64,000 nucleotides of DNA, taken from NCBI RefSeq assembly GCF_018977255.1, contig NW_024704742.1, positions 130,450,001 through 130,514,000 of the forward strand. Direction: 5' to 3'. The stretch is from Callorhinchus milii (lineage: Eukaryota). The notes under the pieces were generated by a model. It searched no databases. It was not told the origin of the DNA and saw nothing but the letters and a program-made list of their open reading frames with translations. Positions 22,329-36,110 of the stretch are shown here, one piece after another. How positions within the stretch are numbered: position 1 is the first letter of the stretch; each line of letters begins with the position of its first letter. Both the position numbers and the translations under genes were made by a program.

Positions 22329-24738
22329 TAATCAAGATTTGCACAATGGAAAGTGGAATAATTTCCCCTCAGCTCTCCACCTTTAATTTATTGGAGCAAA
22401 ATAATAATGTAGGTAATGTATGTGACGCTGAACTGTTGTGAATTATGACCAATTAATTCCTAACATAGTTGCATTTTCTGTCATGCCAGCAGCTGAGGAG
22501 TCGCTGAGACCTGCACCACATAGTCACTGTGTACATTAATATGTGATTGATTGGTTGATTGATTGTGAACAAGATTGAATTTTGCACGAAGCACATGCAT
22601 GATATACAACAACAACTGCCCCTGTGTACGTACCTACACGAAGGGTAACGTCTTGGAGTGCTTTACAAAGACGGGGTCGGTCTATCACCAAGCAGGGGAG
22701 GGAGGTGGCCATAGGTGCGTTGGAACGATAGGTTTTGAGACAGGACTTAAAAACAAAAAGAGAGGGCTAGTGTCTAAGGACACTAACGGTGGATCCAAGA
22801 GTGCGAGGATCACACAGCAAGTAGGTGAGTGGAGGAATAGGGTCGGAGGAGGAGATTGTTGAGATGAGGAGGTGTGGATGGGTTTGTAGGTGAGCACCTT
22901 GAAATCGATCTGCAAGGGAGACAGTGGACCCTGATGAGAACTGGACTAATGGCCAACATATAGGTAATATACATGAAGCACTTTCTAGTGACAGTGGGCC
23001 GATAAATTGAGTATTCTGACCCTCTATTGAAGGTGACTACTCATTTGATATGGTTCTGTTGGCTCCCTTTGGTGGTACCTTGTTCAAGTGGCATTCGTCA
23101 TATGTGAGCCAAGACAGTGAATGCCGGCAAGTGATTTGACCTTAGGGGTGCATTATAGCTGAACGTGATTCTGTTAAACCGTACACTTTATATCAGTCGA
23201 TTAATCACTGTTAAAAATCATCAGCATGGGAATCCGAGCTGATATTCACTCAGCCTCACCAAGGGATAATAATAATGATAAACCCTGCATATTATATAGT
23301 GTCAGATGGCGGGAGGACATCTCAAAGTGCTTCACAGGATTTACTGTAAAGTGGAGTGACTATGTGTTTTGTAGGCAGCCAGTTTGTGCAAGGCAATGCC
23401 CCATACACAAGCCACAAAATGAATGACTAGTTTTGTCTGGGGAATTGTCATCTTAGGACACTGGGATAAAATCCCTTTTCTTTTTGAATAGTATCAAGGG
23501 ATCTTTAATGTCTACCTGAACAGGCATGGGGGATCTTAGCTTAAATTCTCATCCGATGGATGGCACGTCTGACAATGTACTGGGGTGTCAGCTTAGACTA
23601 TGAACTTCGAAGTCACAAAGTGGGGCTTCACAATTTTCTGATCCAGAGGTGAGAGTGCTACCAGGATTGCTGTGTGCAATTGGTTGATGCATTTTGCCCA
23701 CAAAATATACAGTAAATCCATTTTACAGCGTATTCTGTGAAGTGCTTTGAGATATCTCAAAGATGAGGTGCTATATCAAATGCAAGTATTATTATTATTA
23801 CAAACTGAGCCAAGCTGACATCCACCTTTACCGAAAGGATGTTGGCGTTCTATAAAAAGCTGGTCAATGGAGATTTACTGTATCTGTGAACAATTGTACA
23901 TGGTTGCCAATCTCCTTCAATGCAATCACCCACATGGCAGGTGTTTAAATGATACAAAGCATTTTCTATGAACCATGCTTGAATGGCAAGTTGCTGACAA
24001 CAGGCCAACTAAAAAGTTTCGAGGTGACTAATGATCATTAAATATGGGTGAGTAAGTGTAGATTGTGATTTGGATATGAAGATACTGCCAACTCAGTCGG
24101 ACACGTCTATTCCCGGTGCTGGAAATTGCAGTAGAATCTGTTTCGTTAACACCCGCTGCCTCACACTATTTAAGGAAGAGGAGTTGGCTGGGAGGGTTGA
24201 GGTTCTTGCCAGCTGACTTGTTCCTTGTTAATGATGGATTTGTTCTTGAAAAGGCCTTTGTATCTCGGCTACAATTTCATACTTGCGGTCGTCTGTTTCT
24301 TTTGACCCTGTTTGTGGTCCTGTCTTTTTGCTGCCACTCTTTCCTGCAAATCAGAGCCGAAATTTAGCCCATTGTGTGGCATTGTTGGGGTGTGGGGGGA
24401 CAAGGCGCAAAGAAGGGCGTCTGAATTAATCCATTGGCCTGGAGATTGGGCACTTGAGCTAAGAGGAGATCGTTATCTTCTGATTTTATCAAACTGTTTG
24501 ACTGACGTCAAGGTCGTGGGCAACCTAGAGCTCTTCAGAAACAGCCACCAAAAGCATAGCTCGATGGTCACAATTCCTCGCTAGTTTATTTTTTCCTGCT
24601 AGAACCCTGTGTCCGGTATCCTTCCCGCAGCGGCACAAATGTGATCAGGAACGCTGCTCCTATTCAGTCTTCAGAGTTTGATTCGAAATGATCTTTTTTG
24701 GAGTAACGTGTTGATAAAGTGGTTCTTTCTCCCAACAG

Positions 24739-24918
24739 ATAACGGACCAGTCGTGGCTTCCTGAAGGGGTTAAAGTTCCATTCCTTCAAGTACCGTACAA
24801 CGTCAAAGGAAAGTTCCGCTTTCTGCCTCCCGCCTCTGCAAAGGTCGTTGGAAGCTACTTGCTTGGAACTTGCATCAAACCGGAGATCAATGTGGATATT
24901 GCCATCACGATACCGGCT
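24739..24918 (+). CDS. NOL6: NOL6 exon 4
   Basis: ITDQSWLPEGVKVPFLQVPYNVKGKFRFLPPASAKVVGSYLLGTCIKPEINVDIAITIPA; canonical splice sites. Confidence 0.95.
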
Positions 24919-25788
24919 GTAAGTCTCCCTAACCCTCGGGTTCAGTGGCTCAGGACGTCTCTGCTCGCCCACCATCTGGGCTGTACATCTGTAGACATCA
25001 CGTGTTGCGCTGGCTTTATTAATCTGCAGCGGGTTGATATTGATAGCATTATATACGGTGCAGGCAAGGCAAGGATGGGTATTGTAGTACTGGAGCCATC
25101 TGCCAAAATGCACTTCCGTATCTGCATGTAGAATATAAAAAAACACTTAATGTTTCTCCACTTCTTTCTTTGTTGGCTTCTGTGGGTTAACCCATCCCCA
25201 GTGACGGAGAGAGAGCAGTGGGTTGGCCAGGGAGAGCAACTACCAGGTCCTCAGCGGCCCTGCCATAAGGTGGTCGTCTGGAGGTGCTTGAGAGCGGCCT
25301 GATGATGATGGCACCTGTTTTCACTCGCTTATTGCGGGGAACTGTATCAAAGATCGTAGGATTGGGAGTGGGAGAGAGAGTGTGTGTGCGAGAGAGAGAG
25401 AGAATTAAATCTGTGTCTCAGTGGCTATTAACTTCAAGAGTATACACTCACAATGGCATAAGAAAACTTAAGAGTGGATTGACAACAAATATACATTCTC
25501 TTATGTGACACAGGGCTCCGAATTTTCGTTCTAGTGTGTGCATGCAAGTAGCTTTCCGTTGAAATCTTGATGGTGAGGGGGGGAGGAAGAGGTTGGGTCG
25601 GGGAAAGGGTGAGGGGGGTCTGGTGTATTTGGTATTTGTTGTGACTTAACAGGTAAGATACGGGGTAATCATCTTCCTGAAGGATGTAAGACTGGATGGG
25701 ATAGCTGAACGGCCGGTTTTTGTGATGTAGAATTCTACGATTCTAATTGGAATTGATTCAGGCTTGAGGCTGATCTCTGCAATTGCAG

Positions 25789-25957
25789 GAAACTCTACAA
25801 GAGAAGGACAACCTGAACCAGCGCTACTTCAGGAAGCGAGCGCTCTACTTGGCTCACATCGCCCATCACCTGTCCGGGAATGAGCTCTTTGAATGGGTGA
25901 AGTTTGGCTACTTCAACAGCAACCACCTGAAACCTGTCCTGCTCCTGCAACCGCGAG
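25789..25957 (+). CDS. NOL6: NOL6 exon 5
   Basis: ETLQEKDNLNQRYFRKRALYLAHIAHHL...HLKPVLLLQPR. Confidence 0.95.
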
Positions 25958-27675
25958 GTTTGTATATCACCCACCGACCTAACCCTTGTGTCGTTGTTGT
26001 CATTCATGCCTTTTTTTGTGGGGGGGTAATTATCCAATTCTTTTAAAGTCAGAGTTGCTTTTAATATTGGATTGACACCCAGGAATGTAAATAATAATAA
26101 TCCTTGCATTTGATACAACGCCTTATCGTAACGTCCCACAAGCAGCCATGAACTGAATAAAATTTTATTTATCTGGGGGATTGTTGGTCAGGGCACCGGG
26201 GAGAAACTCCCTTCTCTTTTTGAATGATTTAACATCTCATCTGAAGGACGGCACCTCCAACAATGCAATGCACTGAATTGCAAGACTGCATTGGAGTTTC
26301 AGCCGAGATTAGAACTCTATCCCACAATCCCTCCACCTCACCCCCTCTCTTGCCTCCTTCAAGTCCCGTCTAAAGACCTTCCTCTTCGACCGTGCCTTTG
26401 GCCACCCCACCCCTCCTGATCCCAACACCCAGCTAGGATCCAAAAAGCCCCGATTGTCCAGCGCTATGGGACGTCTTTCCGATGTGTAGGGCGCTATACA
26501 ATTGTAATTTGTTGATGATGTTGTTACCTGTGAGCCAGGCTGACATCTGAGATAACTAGATGACATGATTTCTCCATGTCTGTGCTGTACTCGTTGAGCT
26601 ATCTGCGACCCATAGCTATTCGCTAGCCATACTGTGTAGCGTTCGCTGCTCCTCTGGCCATCCTTCACCTGTTTCCTTGCCCTGGTTGGATTTACTAAAA
26701 CCGGGTTTTTAATGAGCATGCGGGCAAGCAAACAGTGCTCCTGCTCCTGTGCCAGGGTCGCAGATTGAGTAGCCAAGGGGGTTGAGCAGACTGCTGCTGT
26801 ATATTGCCAGCCTCCTGCAGTTTGAGCCAGTTGCAAAACAGGTGCGTGAGTCGGGAGTGGCTGACAATTTCTTTCAGCACTCCAGCTGACTTCATGACAT
26901 AGTCAGGTGTGTGTCAGGTGGTTCTCATTGTCACAATCATTTTTTCAAATGAGCGAGTAAGCTTATCGAGTTAATGATTGTCTTTTATCAAACAGCTTTA
27001 TCCTACAGTATTTAAAAAGAGATGGGAGTTTCTCCCAGTGTCCTGGCAAACAAATCCCCAGATAAAATTGGTCATTCACTTCATCGTTATTTGTGAGAAG
27101 TTACTGGTGCATATTGGCTGCTCTGATCACCTACAAAATATAGTCACTACATTTTACAGTAAAATCCTGAGAAGTTTTTTGAAACAATTTGACAACATGA
27201 TAAAGAGCTATATCAAACGTTATAATTATTATTGTCAAGTATTATGAACAAAGGCTATTTGGTCGAGGTGTCGGGAGAGTATCCAGTGCAAACATAAAGT
27301 GTGATCCCATTCTAACAGGGTTCTTTATAGTGCTGATTCAGTTCTAACATAATTACAGAGTTCACTGGTACCAATTCCCTGAGCACCTACACAGCTGGAC
27401 CACTCACTACTCCTATGGCCGGCTGGCTCTAAAGCTAAAATGTTGTCATTAAATAAGACGTGATAAGGTGCTCTATCAAATCCAAGGATTATTATTATTA
27501 TCGGACTACCACCGACGTCACTTTGTGTTTATTGTGTAATGGATTTGGGTTTCCTTGCTTGAGGAGGGACAAGACATAATCTATCCCACTGGGTACAAGG
27601 CTGTGCGTTACTATTGGGTGCGTTTTCAGCCCCATTGAGAAACACCCCAAATGCCTTGTGGCTTTTTGATTGCAG

Positions 27676-27807
27676 GTAATGATGAGAAGCTGGTGACGGT
27701 CAGACTTCACGCCTGCGCTCCTGTTGGTTTCTTCAAACTGAGCCGCTTCCATCCCAGCAAAAATCATGTTCGTACTGCCTGGTTCCTCGAGCAGCCTGCC
27801 CAGGAAG
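27676..27807 (+). CDS. NOL6: NOL6 exon 6
   Basis: GNDEKLVTVRLHACAPVGFFKLSRFHPSKNHVRTAWFLEQPAQE; phase 1-1. Confidence 0.92.
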
Positions 27808-27922
27808 GTCGGTAACATAATGACTTCTCTCAGCCCTTTCCTGCTGTAATCTTGTCATGCAACACTTGGCTTTTTCTGATTCTGAAATCTCTAATATGAA
27901 CTCCACACCCTCCATCGGTGGC

Positions 27923-28101
27923 CTTTAGCCTCTCCCCACACTCAGTCGAGTGTCTTTAGCCTCTGCCCACACTCAGTCGAGTGTCTTTAGCCTCTGCCCA
28001 CACTCGGTCGAGTGTCTTTAGCCTCTGCCTACACTCGGTCGAGTGTCTTTAGCTTCTGCCCACACTTGGTCGAGTGTCTTTATCCTCTGCCCACACTCAG
28101 T
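27923..28101. repeat. 31-bp minisatellite (CTTTAGCCTCTGCCCACACTCRGTCGAGTGT) x ~5.7
   Basis: Units start at 27923, 27954, 27985, 28016, 28047 and 28078, inside an L2 tail remnant. Confidence 0.9.
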
Positions 28102-29699
28102 GGAATTCTCCTAAAATCCCTTCGACTTGCATTTTATCTCTCTCTGCCTTCAAAAAAACCTCTTTAAAAAAAGCTATTATTTTGGAGGCACCCCAGATGG
28201 TGCTGCAGGGTGGCCAACCTTTTGGCTGGATGCCCTATTTGACAAACGTCCGCTGGCTGCATAAGCAATATTTTTATTTTTCCCTTCCAGAATCATAACA
28301 TTTACGGGTTACGGAGGGAGCGGGTGGGACAGATGAAATAGAGGGAGGGATGTGGGGGGGCAGATGAAATCGGCCTGTGGGCCACCAATTGGATCATCCT
28401 AGTGTAGTGGATAGAGCTATAGTTTACAGAGAGGAGTTCACTGATTCGAATCCTGGTCCGTACTGAGTTTGCTCGTCTCACCTGGTGCTGCAGGAAGAAT
28501 TGGCCCGTCACCAGCTCCTGGTGCAAAATTCCTGCTCCTAGTTCCTGCACTGTTTGTGCACATGTGGCAGATAGGATGGGAGAGGTCAGGCTCAGCTGTG
28601 ATATCCTCTCACCCGTGGGGAAAAGAAACTACCTCTTTAAGCTGCGCCTCACGTTTCATCTTCTTACTTGGTGATCCCTGTCCTCCTTGTGAAGTACTTC
28701 AAGATGATTGTCCTGGACTAAAGGCGCTACATACATGCAAATTGTTGTTACTGGATCTCTAATGTGCATCTTTACAGTAAATATAATGTGCATCTTTGCA
28801 GTCAATCAGTGTGAATTCATTGTCCCTGTAGAATTCTGGGTTTAGACAACAACAGACATAAAAACTTGCATATATATAGCTCCCTTTATGTAGCATCTCG
28901 GAGCTCTGACATAGGAGAAGGTATCTGACGTTCTTTGGGACCCTGAATCAGTGCCTTTGAGGAAGGGGAAGGAATGATGACTCCCCTTTGCTTGAATAAA
29001 TAGATTGACGAATCTTGAACATCAGACCTGTGCCCTTATTACATGATTACCAGGGAAGGTTATTGATCTGCTGTGTTTGCGTGCTTTTTGCAAAGGACAT
29101 GGTGACCCTGAGATAAGAGTGCCAGAAAAGCGGCAATCACTGGCGTCAGTGACTTCCTGGGTTGTGTAATGTGGAACCACACGTGTGATTACGCTTTCTC
29201 AAGAATGCTGTTTTTCACACAATGTTTTTGTTTCCCAAATTCTTTTTCACCTTCAGATTTATGACTCACTAATGAGGATATTATCTTACGCTGGTAATGG
29301 CGGTTGAGGTGAATTATGTAAAGAAGGGCTTACTCACCCCTCATCCTGAGATCTTTTCTTCACTGCTATCTGGGTCTTTCGCATCACTATAATCTCTGTC
29401 TTTGTCCTCGCTCTGTTATCTTTGTTTTTCTCCTCACTCTATTATCTTTGCCTGTCTCCTCGTCGGCGATCTTGGGATCTAAGGCTTCCTGACCCTCACC
29501 CAGGGAGGATAGTCAAGATGGAGGAGTGGTTACTGGACATTGAGGAGGTGTGAAGGCAAGAGTCCGAATGCTCCAGTCAGGAGAGAGCCTCAACTGTCCG
29601 AAAGTCACAGTGGGAAAGTTTTGAGTTCATTTATTTTCGGGAGGATAGGGCTCTTCATGGAAAACAAAGTTTTTATTGTGTGTGTGTTTTTCTCGTTAG

Positions 29700-29863
29700 G
29701 AAGTGGCGAGCCTCCTACGCCTCACTACAATAACTCGGTTCTGTCTGATCTGGTGATGGAGCAGCATCTTCACTTCCTCTGTAGCTCTGCCACCGATTTC
29801 CAAGGGATGAAGGACGGCATCGCCATTTTGAAAGTCTGGCTGCACCAGAGAGAGCTGAGCAAG
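29700..29863 (+). CDS. NOL6: NOL6 exon 7
   Basis: GSGEPPTPHYNNSVLSDLVMEQHL...MKDGIAILKVWLHQRELSK. Confidence 0.95.
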
Positions 29864-29932
29864 GTAACTTTGCCGCGCTCCCACCACCAACCTGCACAGA
29901 TTCACTTGGTATCTCGATCACCAGCTTACCCT

Positions 29933-29965
<33 letters not shown>

Positions 29966-29987
29966 CCCCCCCCTTCAATCCCTCCAG

Positions 29988-30108
29988 GGCTATGGCTGCT
30001 TCAGTGGGTTTCTTGTGTCCATGTTGGTGTCGTACCTGCTCTCAAGGCGTAAACTCAACAAGATGATGAGCTGCTGCCAGGTGCTTCGCAATTGTCTCCA
30101 ATTCTTGG
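29988..30108 (+). CDS. NOL6: NOL6 exon 8
   Basis: GYGCFSGFLVSMLVSYLLSRRKLNKMMSCCQVLRNCLQFL. Confidence 0.95.
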
Positions 30109-30864
30109 GTAAGAGAGACTTATGGTTTACTACTACTACTAATAATAATTAAGTACTCATAATACTTGCACTTGGTACAGTGCATTATCATGTTGTAAGG
30201 ACGTCTCAAAGTGCTTCACAGGAATTATTGTACAATGGAGTGATTGTGTATTTGTAGGCAGATAATTGTACACGGCAATGTCAGACAAGTTTTCTTTCTT
30301 TCCTGCTCAGAGTACCTGCGAACGCATTTAATGAGTGGACCCTGTTCACTAATCCAGAATAATTAATATAATAGTAATAGTCATTTACGTTTGATACACA
30401 GTGGCGTTCATGTCAGGAGGATGTCTCAAAGTGCTTCATCAGATTTTATTGTAAGGTGTGTTGACCAATATTTTATAGGCGATGAGATCAAACATAGCAA
30501 ATCCTATTGCATAGCATATGCAGCGCTGAAACAGGCCATTCAGCTCAACTAGTCTATGCCAGTGTTGTATGCCCTATTTGAGCCTCCACCAAACCTAGTC
30601 ACCTGCCTCAAATAAAATTGGTGATCGACTTCATGGCTGTTTTTAAGACATTGCAGTGCACAAATTAGCTGCCATGTTCGTCTGCAAAGTGCACAGTCAC
30701 AACACTACCGTATATCCTGTGAAGCGCTTGTGAGACAGTCCTTCCGACATGAAAGGCACTATATCAAATGTAAGAATTATTATTATTTACGGAACCTAAC
30801 GGTGTATCTAGTTTATCAAGTTTTTAATATCTCATCTGTTGCGAATTGTTCTGTCCTTGTTCAG

Positions 30865-30923
30865 CTGCAACAGACCTGACTCAGAATGGAATCAATTTTT
30901 CCTTGACCAGTGATGTGTCAGCG
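30865..30923 (+). CDS. NOL6: NOL6 exon 9
   Basis: AATDLTQNGINFSLTSDVSA; phases consistent. Confidence 0.9.
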
Positions 30924-32158
30924 GTAAGATGATCTGATTTCTTTCAAACTTCTGCAACTATGCATATGCAATGTTAGGTCTGAAGCGAGTTGTGTTCTGC
31001 CTCTGATGGGAAAATGGGAGTTATGGGGGAGAGGGGTATTCTGGAAGGATGAGATAAAATGGATCAATGGCCTTCTTCATGCAAACCGATCTTGAAATTG
31101 TGTAGTCTCCTAAAACCTGGAAACAAGATCTGAGTAACGCATTATTTATTCAAGGTCTCTAAGTCTGAACACATAATTGCTTTCTTTTAAAATAGTCTCT
31201 GACAATGCAGCAACACTCACCTCCAGCATTACATTGCAGTGTTGGTCTAGTCTACTTGAGCTTAAAGTCCCGACATGGGGCTTGAACCTGTGACGTTTTG
31301 ACTCACATTCTCCCAATGTGAAGGGCACTATACCAAATCCTAGGATTATTATTGTTTATTATAATCCCCAATGGGTATGATGCACTGTGTTAAGGGAGTT
31401 TGGTTTAAGATCATGTTCTCTGGGTGATTCGAGAAAGCACCATTTTAAAGCAGTAAAAAGGTTATTATTTTCTGCGGAGTGCCACTTGGGTTGAGAAAAA
31501 GGTTTTGTTTTCAAAAGAAAAGTGTCCTGCGCCAACTTTTTTTGAATCTTGAAGTGGGAGGGGGAAACTCTTTGATTTCTCAAATTAGAAACATGTATGC
31601 TATTTTAAAAGAAAACAATTATGTGGTCTGTGGTTCCACAAACCATTTGGTATGGTGCCTTTCATGTTGGAAGAACATCTCAAATAGACGTTTATCAAAC
31701 ACACAAATTACTATTATACTGTAACATGTAGTGACTGTAATTTGTAGATGAACGTGACATTTGCACACAGCATTATCCCACAAACAGCCATGAAGTGAAT
31801 GACCAATTTTATCTGAAGGGTTGTTGGCTAGGATACCAGGGGAAGCTCCTCTTTTCTAAATCGTGCCATGGGATCTGTAGTCTCCACCCAGACAGGCAGA
31901 TGGGAAGATTGTAAGCCAGGAAATTCACTTCTGGACTGGCGGGGTAGATGCGTTTAACATCTCATTCAAAAGATGACACCTCTGTCTCAATAATGTGGAG
32001 CTTCCCCCAGGATTGCCTTGGGGTGCCTGCTTAATGTGTGAGCTCAAGTCTTGATTTGAGGTTTGAAACCACAGTCAGTCTTCTGTCCCAGAGATGAAAG
32101 TGCTACCAAGCAAGTCACGGTTTAACTTACTGAAATGTTTTGACCTTTCCTCCTCCAG

Positions 32159-32260
32159 CCATCGCTTGCAGACTTTCACCAGGCCTTCGAAGTGGTTTTC
32201 GTGGATCCTTCCGGCTTTGTAAATCTCTGCGCTGACATGACAGCCAACAAATACAAAGAG
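32159..32260 (+). CDS. NOL6: NOL6 exon 10
   Basis: PSLADFHQAFEVVFVDPSGFVNLCADMTANKYKE. Confidence 0.95.
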
Positions 32261-32864
32261 GTACTTTTTTTTAAAAACGCTATCAGCTGGGCTGGACTTT
32301 CTCAGTGTGTGTTTGGGGGAAGACGTTTATGAATTAAACAGATTCAGAGGCAGCAAATCCTGCATCCTATCTCCTTTCTCCACCTTTCTACGGGGTACGT
32401 AAGGACATAGGAAACAGGTAGAGGCCATTCAGGACATCAAGCCTGTTCTACCACTTTATTACATCTTGGCAGATCTTTTAATAATAATCTTTGCATTTGA
32501 TACAGTGCCTTTCACGTCGAGAGGACATCTCAAGCATTTCACGGTTCACTGTAAAGTGCAGTGACTGTTTATTTTTGTAGGCAAACTGTATCCCAATGTC
32601 ATACTCCTTAATACTTCTGTTACCCAAGTCTCCGTTTATCTCTTTAAAATGTCCCTGTTGGATTCATGTCTATAGCTTTCTGGTGCATTCCACATTTTTA
32701 CAACCATCTGCGTGAAGAAATGCTTCCTGACCTCATTTCTACCTTGGCTCAGATTTTGAGGCTATACCCACCCCTCCAGCTGTATTTGTCTCGAGGTTAC
32801 CACATGTTTGTTAACAAGCCATGAACTCCTGAGATAATCTCTCTTATGCACTTGATGTTTCCAG

Positions 32865-32980
32865 GTTCAACATGAAGCTAAAAGATCTCTGGAGATTATA
32901 GATGACAAAACCATGGACGGGTTTGAAGCGCTGTTGCTAACACCGAAGCCCCTTCTTCGAACATTCGACCACGTCTTTCA
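32865..32980 (+). CDS. NOL6: NOL6 exon 11
   Basis: VQHEAKRSLEIIDDKTMDGFEALLLTPKPLLRTFDHVF(H). Confidence 0.95.
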
Positions 32981-33681
32981 GTAGGAAAATCTTTATTAAT
33001 TTGTTTTGTTCTGGTTGAGGGAGGAGGGGAATTGGGATCTTAATTTGCAGCAGTTTTTAATTTGTGGGCATTTTGCAGCACTCCGAGATGGATTGATATC
33101 CAGATCCTCACATTCACCACCAAATTACTTCATGTCCTGGCACTCCACACCTCTCCAACTTGCTCATATCTGAATCCTCTACCTGCCTCCTTCGCTCAGC
33201 TGGCTCGGGCCTCTCAGATCAGCGGCTGTGCTTTCAACAACAACTTGCATTTATATAGCTCTCCTCACGTAGGGTAGCATCCCAGAGCGCTTTCAGCCAC
33301 TATGCTTGGAAACTCTTTAACTTCCTGAATCTCTCCGTCTTGCCTGTCTTTGGAATTCACCTGAAAACTTGCCTCTGAAGACAGTTAGCTCGCCTTTCGC
33401 CCTGGCTCTGTGCAAAGCTACCTCTTAGTCGCAATCCCTCATGAAGGACAGTATCTAAAATTGTTTTTGTGTTGTAACCAATTTCTTAATCAGAAATTTA
33501 AAATGATCAATTCTCTTTAAAGAGAAAAAACCTGCACCACATTGACTGTAGCAAAAAAAAGCCGTGTTTCAGAAATTTGCAACGTTTTAGGAATTTGGTA
33601 AGGAAATCTGCTAAGAAATAACGCAAATTAGACCCCGATATTTCTCTTCACCAAGACTTGTGTTTATTTTTCCCCCAATAG

Positions 33682-33859
33682 TCTGAGCAGCCCAGTCAAG
33701 TTGCAGGGAGGCTGCCAAAAGCTGAAGCTGCTGAACGAGTTGATAGACCGCGGCGGAAACTATGTGGCTGCCATCATGCCTCACCTCCTGTCACTCTTAT
33801 CCCGGGGCCTGGGGCAGAGGACTCACCTTCTCGCTCACGCTCTTCCACAGATGCACGAA
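33682..33859 (+). CDS. NOL6: NOL6 exon 12
   Basis: LSSPVKLQGGCQKLKLLNELIDRGGNYVAAIMPHLLSLLSRGLGQRTHLLAHALPQMHE. Confidence 0.93.
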
Positions 33860-34089
33860 GTAAGTTCTTTTATATAAAAAAAACACGATCTCTGGTGGTG
33901 TCTTGAAAGCTTTCCACATCAGGACTTTGAGCTTGTGGTCTGGACTGACACTCCAGCACAGTGCTGGGGGTGTGTTGTGTTGTTGGAGGTGCAGTTCTTT
34001 GGTTGAGATGTTAGACTGAGACCCTGTCTGCCATTAGCCCCGATCGTTGCTTGCCGTTTCACTAAAATTTCAATCATTTTATTTTACAG

Positions 34090-34212
34090 TGGCCAATAAC
34101 TGCGGAGCCTCCGAAGCACAAAGACATTGGACATCTGTCGTTTGGACTTTTACTGAACCCTGAGTTTTCTACCAATATTCTGGAGAAGGGACCCCAGGCA
34201 GACAGCCCTGAG
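34090..34212 (+). CDS. NOL6: NOL6 exon 13
   Basis: WPITAEPPKHKDIGHLSFGLLLNPEFSTNILEKGPQADSPE. Confidence 0.95.
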
Positions 34213-34576
34213 GTAAGTATTTTTTTTTCTCTCCCCTTTGAAGCATGCCTTTTTTTTCCCCTTTGGATGGCACGAGTTGGGCTGAATGGCTTGATTCTGT
34301 GCCTTATTTTTATGCTCTTCAGGATAATGTACAGAAATGATCTCTTGGCACTATTCGAAAAGAGAAGGGAGATTCTCCCGGGATCCTGTCCAACATCAAT
34401 GCCCCAGATAAAATTGGTCATTTGTTTCATGGCTGTTTGTGGGACATTGCCTGTGGGCAAATTGACGGCCACGTCTGCCTACAAATACCCAGTTGCTACA
34501 CATCACGGTAAAATCCTGTAAAGCACCTTGGAATGTCCTCCTGACGTGAAAGACGCTGTATCAAATGTAAGGATTA

Positions 34577-35464
34577 CAATAGAAATCCGGTTTGCGGTCA
34601 CTTCGGTAATCCAGCCACCTCACAATTGGGGGCAGATTTTCAGTCTTTCATGGTCAATATTAAAAGACAGGCTGTCCGTCTGCTTCAGTAAACCGGGCAC
34701 CTCACTATTCAGGACAACGGTTATTGATTGCGGCCGCTACAAGCGCCCTCCTCCGGGACAAACGCGCTACTAATCTGTACACAGGCCTTGGGCATCTCGG
34801 GCTGTTTGCTCGGTGCTGCTACTGTGGGTGGAGTGGGCTCTGGTTGCGTATGCGCGGCGCGGGGAGTGTTGGGATTGCGGAAGCGACGCGAGCGGGAAAA
34901 TTGTGTTGGCCCGGCGCCTGTGGCCTAACCTGAGCTCCTGCGGCCAATTCTTGGTAAGTTGTGTAAACGTGTCACCACGGAAAGAGTTGTCCTTACGTGA
35001 GAGAGTGGCCTTCATCAAAAACAGTAAGAGCAAAAGTCAGAGACAGTTGGCTGTGATCTGTGGCATCGGCAGAACACAAGTTGGACGCATCCTCAAAAGG
35101 AAGGCTGAATAAGTGATGGCTTTTGAAGAAAATCAACAGCCTAATAGAAAACGTGTGTGTTTGAACTCTCAGAAAGAGGACTCCTTCTTCAAGAAATGAA
35201 CATTTTGTGTGATTTTAATTTCTCATGTGAACTTCAAATGACGGAACCTAAGATCTGTTTTAAACGTGACAGTGTGCCTTTATGTTAATGAGATGGCAAA
35301 GTATGTTTGTTGAATGTTCATCACCCTTACTCATTGCCAATGTCCTTATCATTAATTACATCAGTGACCTCAATCACCCGACCTGTTTCAGTAATCAGGT
35401 CACCTCACGAAGTAGGTCACTTTTGCCCAGTCACTTGAGTGACCTGATTTGTGAGGTTCTACTG
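34577..35464 (+). mobile_element. Non-autonomous Tigger/pogo-like DNA transposon
   Basis: TA-flanked imperfect TIRs (CAATAGAAATCC..GGTCAC / GTGACC..GAGGTTCTACTG); internal CENP-B-type HTH remnant RKELSLRERVAFIKNSKSKSQRQLAVICGIGRTQVGRILKRKAE*. Confidence 0.75.
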
Positions 35465-35478
35465 TATCGTTTTTTTAG

Positions 35479-35627
35479 GCCGCAGAATTCAGGAATTTCT
35501 GGGGAGAGAGGTCGGAGCTGAGACGTTTCCAGGATGGCTCCATCTGCGAGGCCGTCCTGTGGAAGGGTGACAACGCGTGCGACCGGCGTCTAATCCCAGA
35601 GCAAATCATCGCTCACCTCCTTCAGCT
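35479..35627 (+). CDS. NOL6: NOL6 exon 14
   Basis: AAEFRNFWGERSELRRFQDGSICEAVLW...RLIPEQIIAHLLQL; hallmark Nrap motif. Confidence 0.97.
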
Positions 35628-36034
35628 GTAAGTGACGTCGGGGCTTGTGTTGAAATTCACTTTCACAGTGATCAGAGGCCTGGAACTTCCACCTCGTCTT
35701 CGCCCGCAAAGTGCATTTTTTAAAATATTTTTAAAAAAAAAATGCATTATCAGTAGAATTGTGGAAAATTCTTAAATTCAGCCTTAATTAAATTAAGAAT
35801 GGGGCAAGGATACTAGCTCCTGTTAATTAATTTAATAGTGTATTAATTCTAATTAAATTGACCAACTTGGCTGCCATATTCGCCAAAAATGCAGTCTCTA
35901 CACCTTGCAGTAATTCCTGTGAGATGTCTTCTCGTAAAAGGATTATGAGATCAGATCTAAAGATTACTACTGACTTATTTTTTTCTTCCCCTTGCTTCCC
36001 CCTTTCTCTTTTTCTCTCTCTCACTCGCCCACAG

Positions 36035-36110
36035 ACATGCAGATCTTCCAGCATCTTCACTCTGCTATGTTGGTGGTCTATTGGATTCTGTCATCAAGAT
36101 GGGAAAAGAG
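36035..36110 (+). CDS. NOL6: NOL6 exon 15
   Basis: HADLPASSLCYVGGLLDSVIKMGKE. Confidence 0.93.

Noticed and set aside
24664..25146. 160-aa minus-strand ORF
   Set aside because: Antisense shadow of NOL6 exon 4 with no independent support.
29050..29225. Two hairpins separated by AGATAA (H/ACA-like)
   Set aside because: Second hairpin is not followed closely by an ACA box; spacing atypical.
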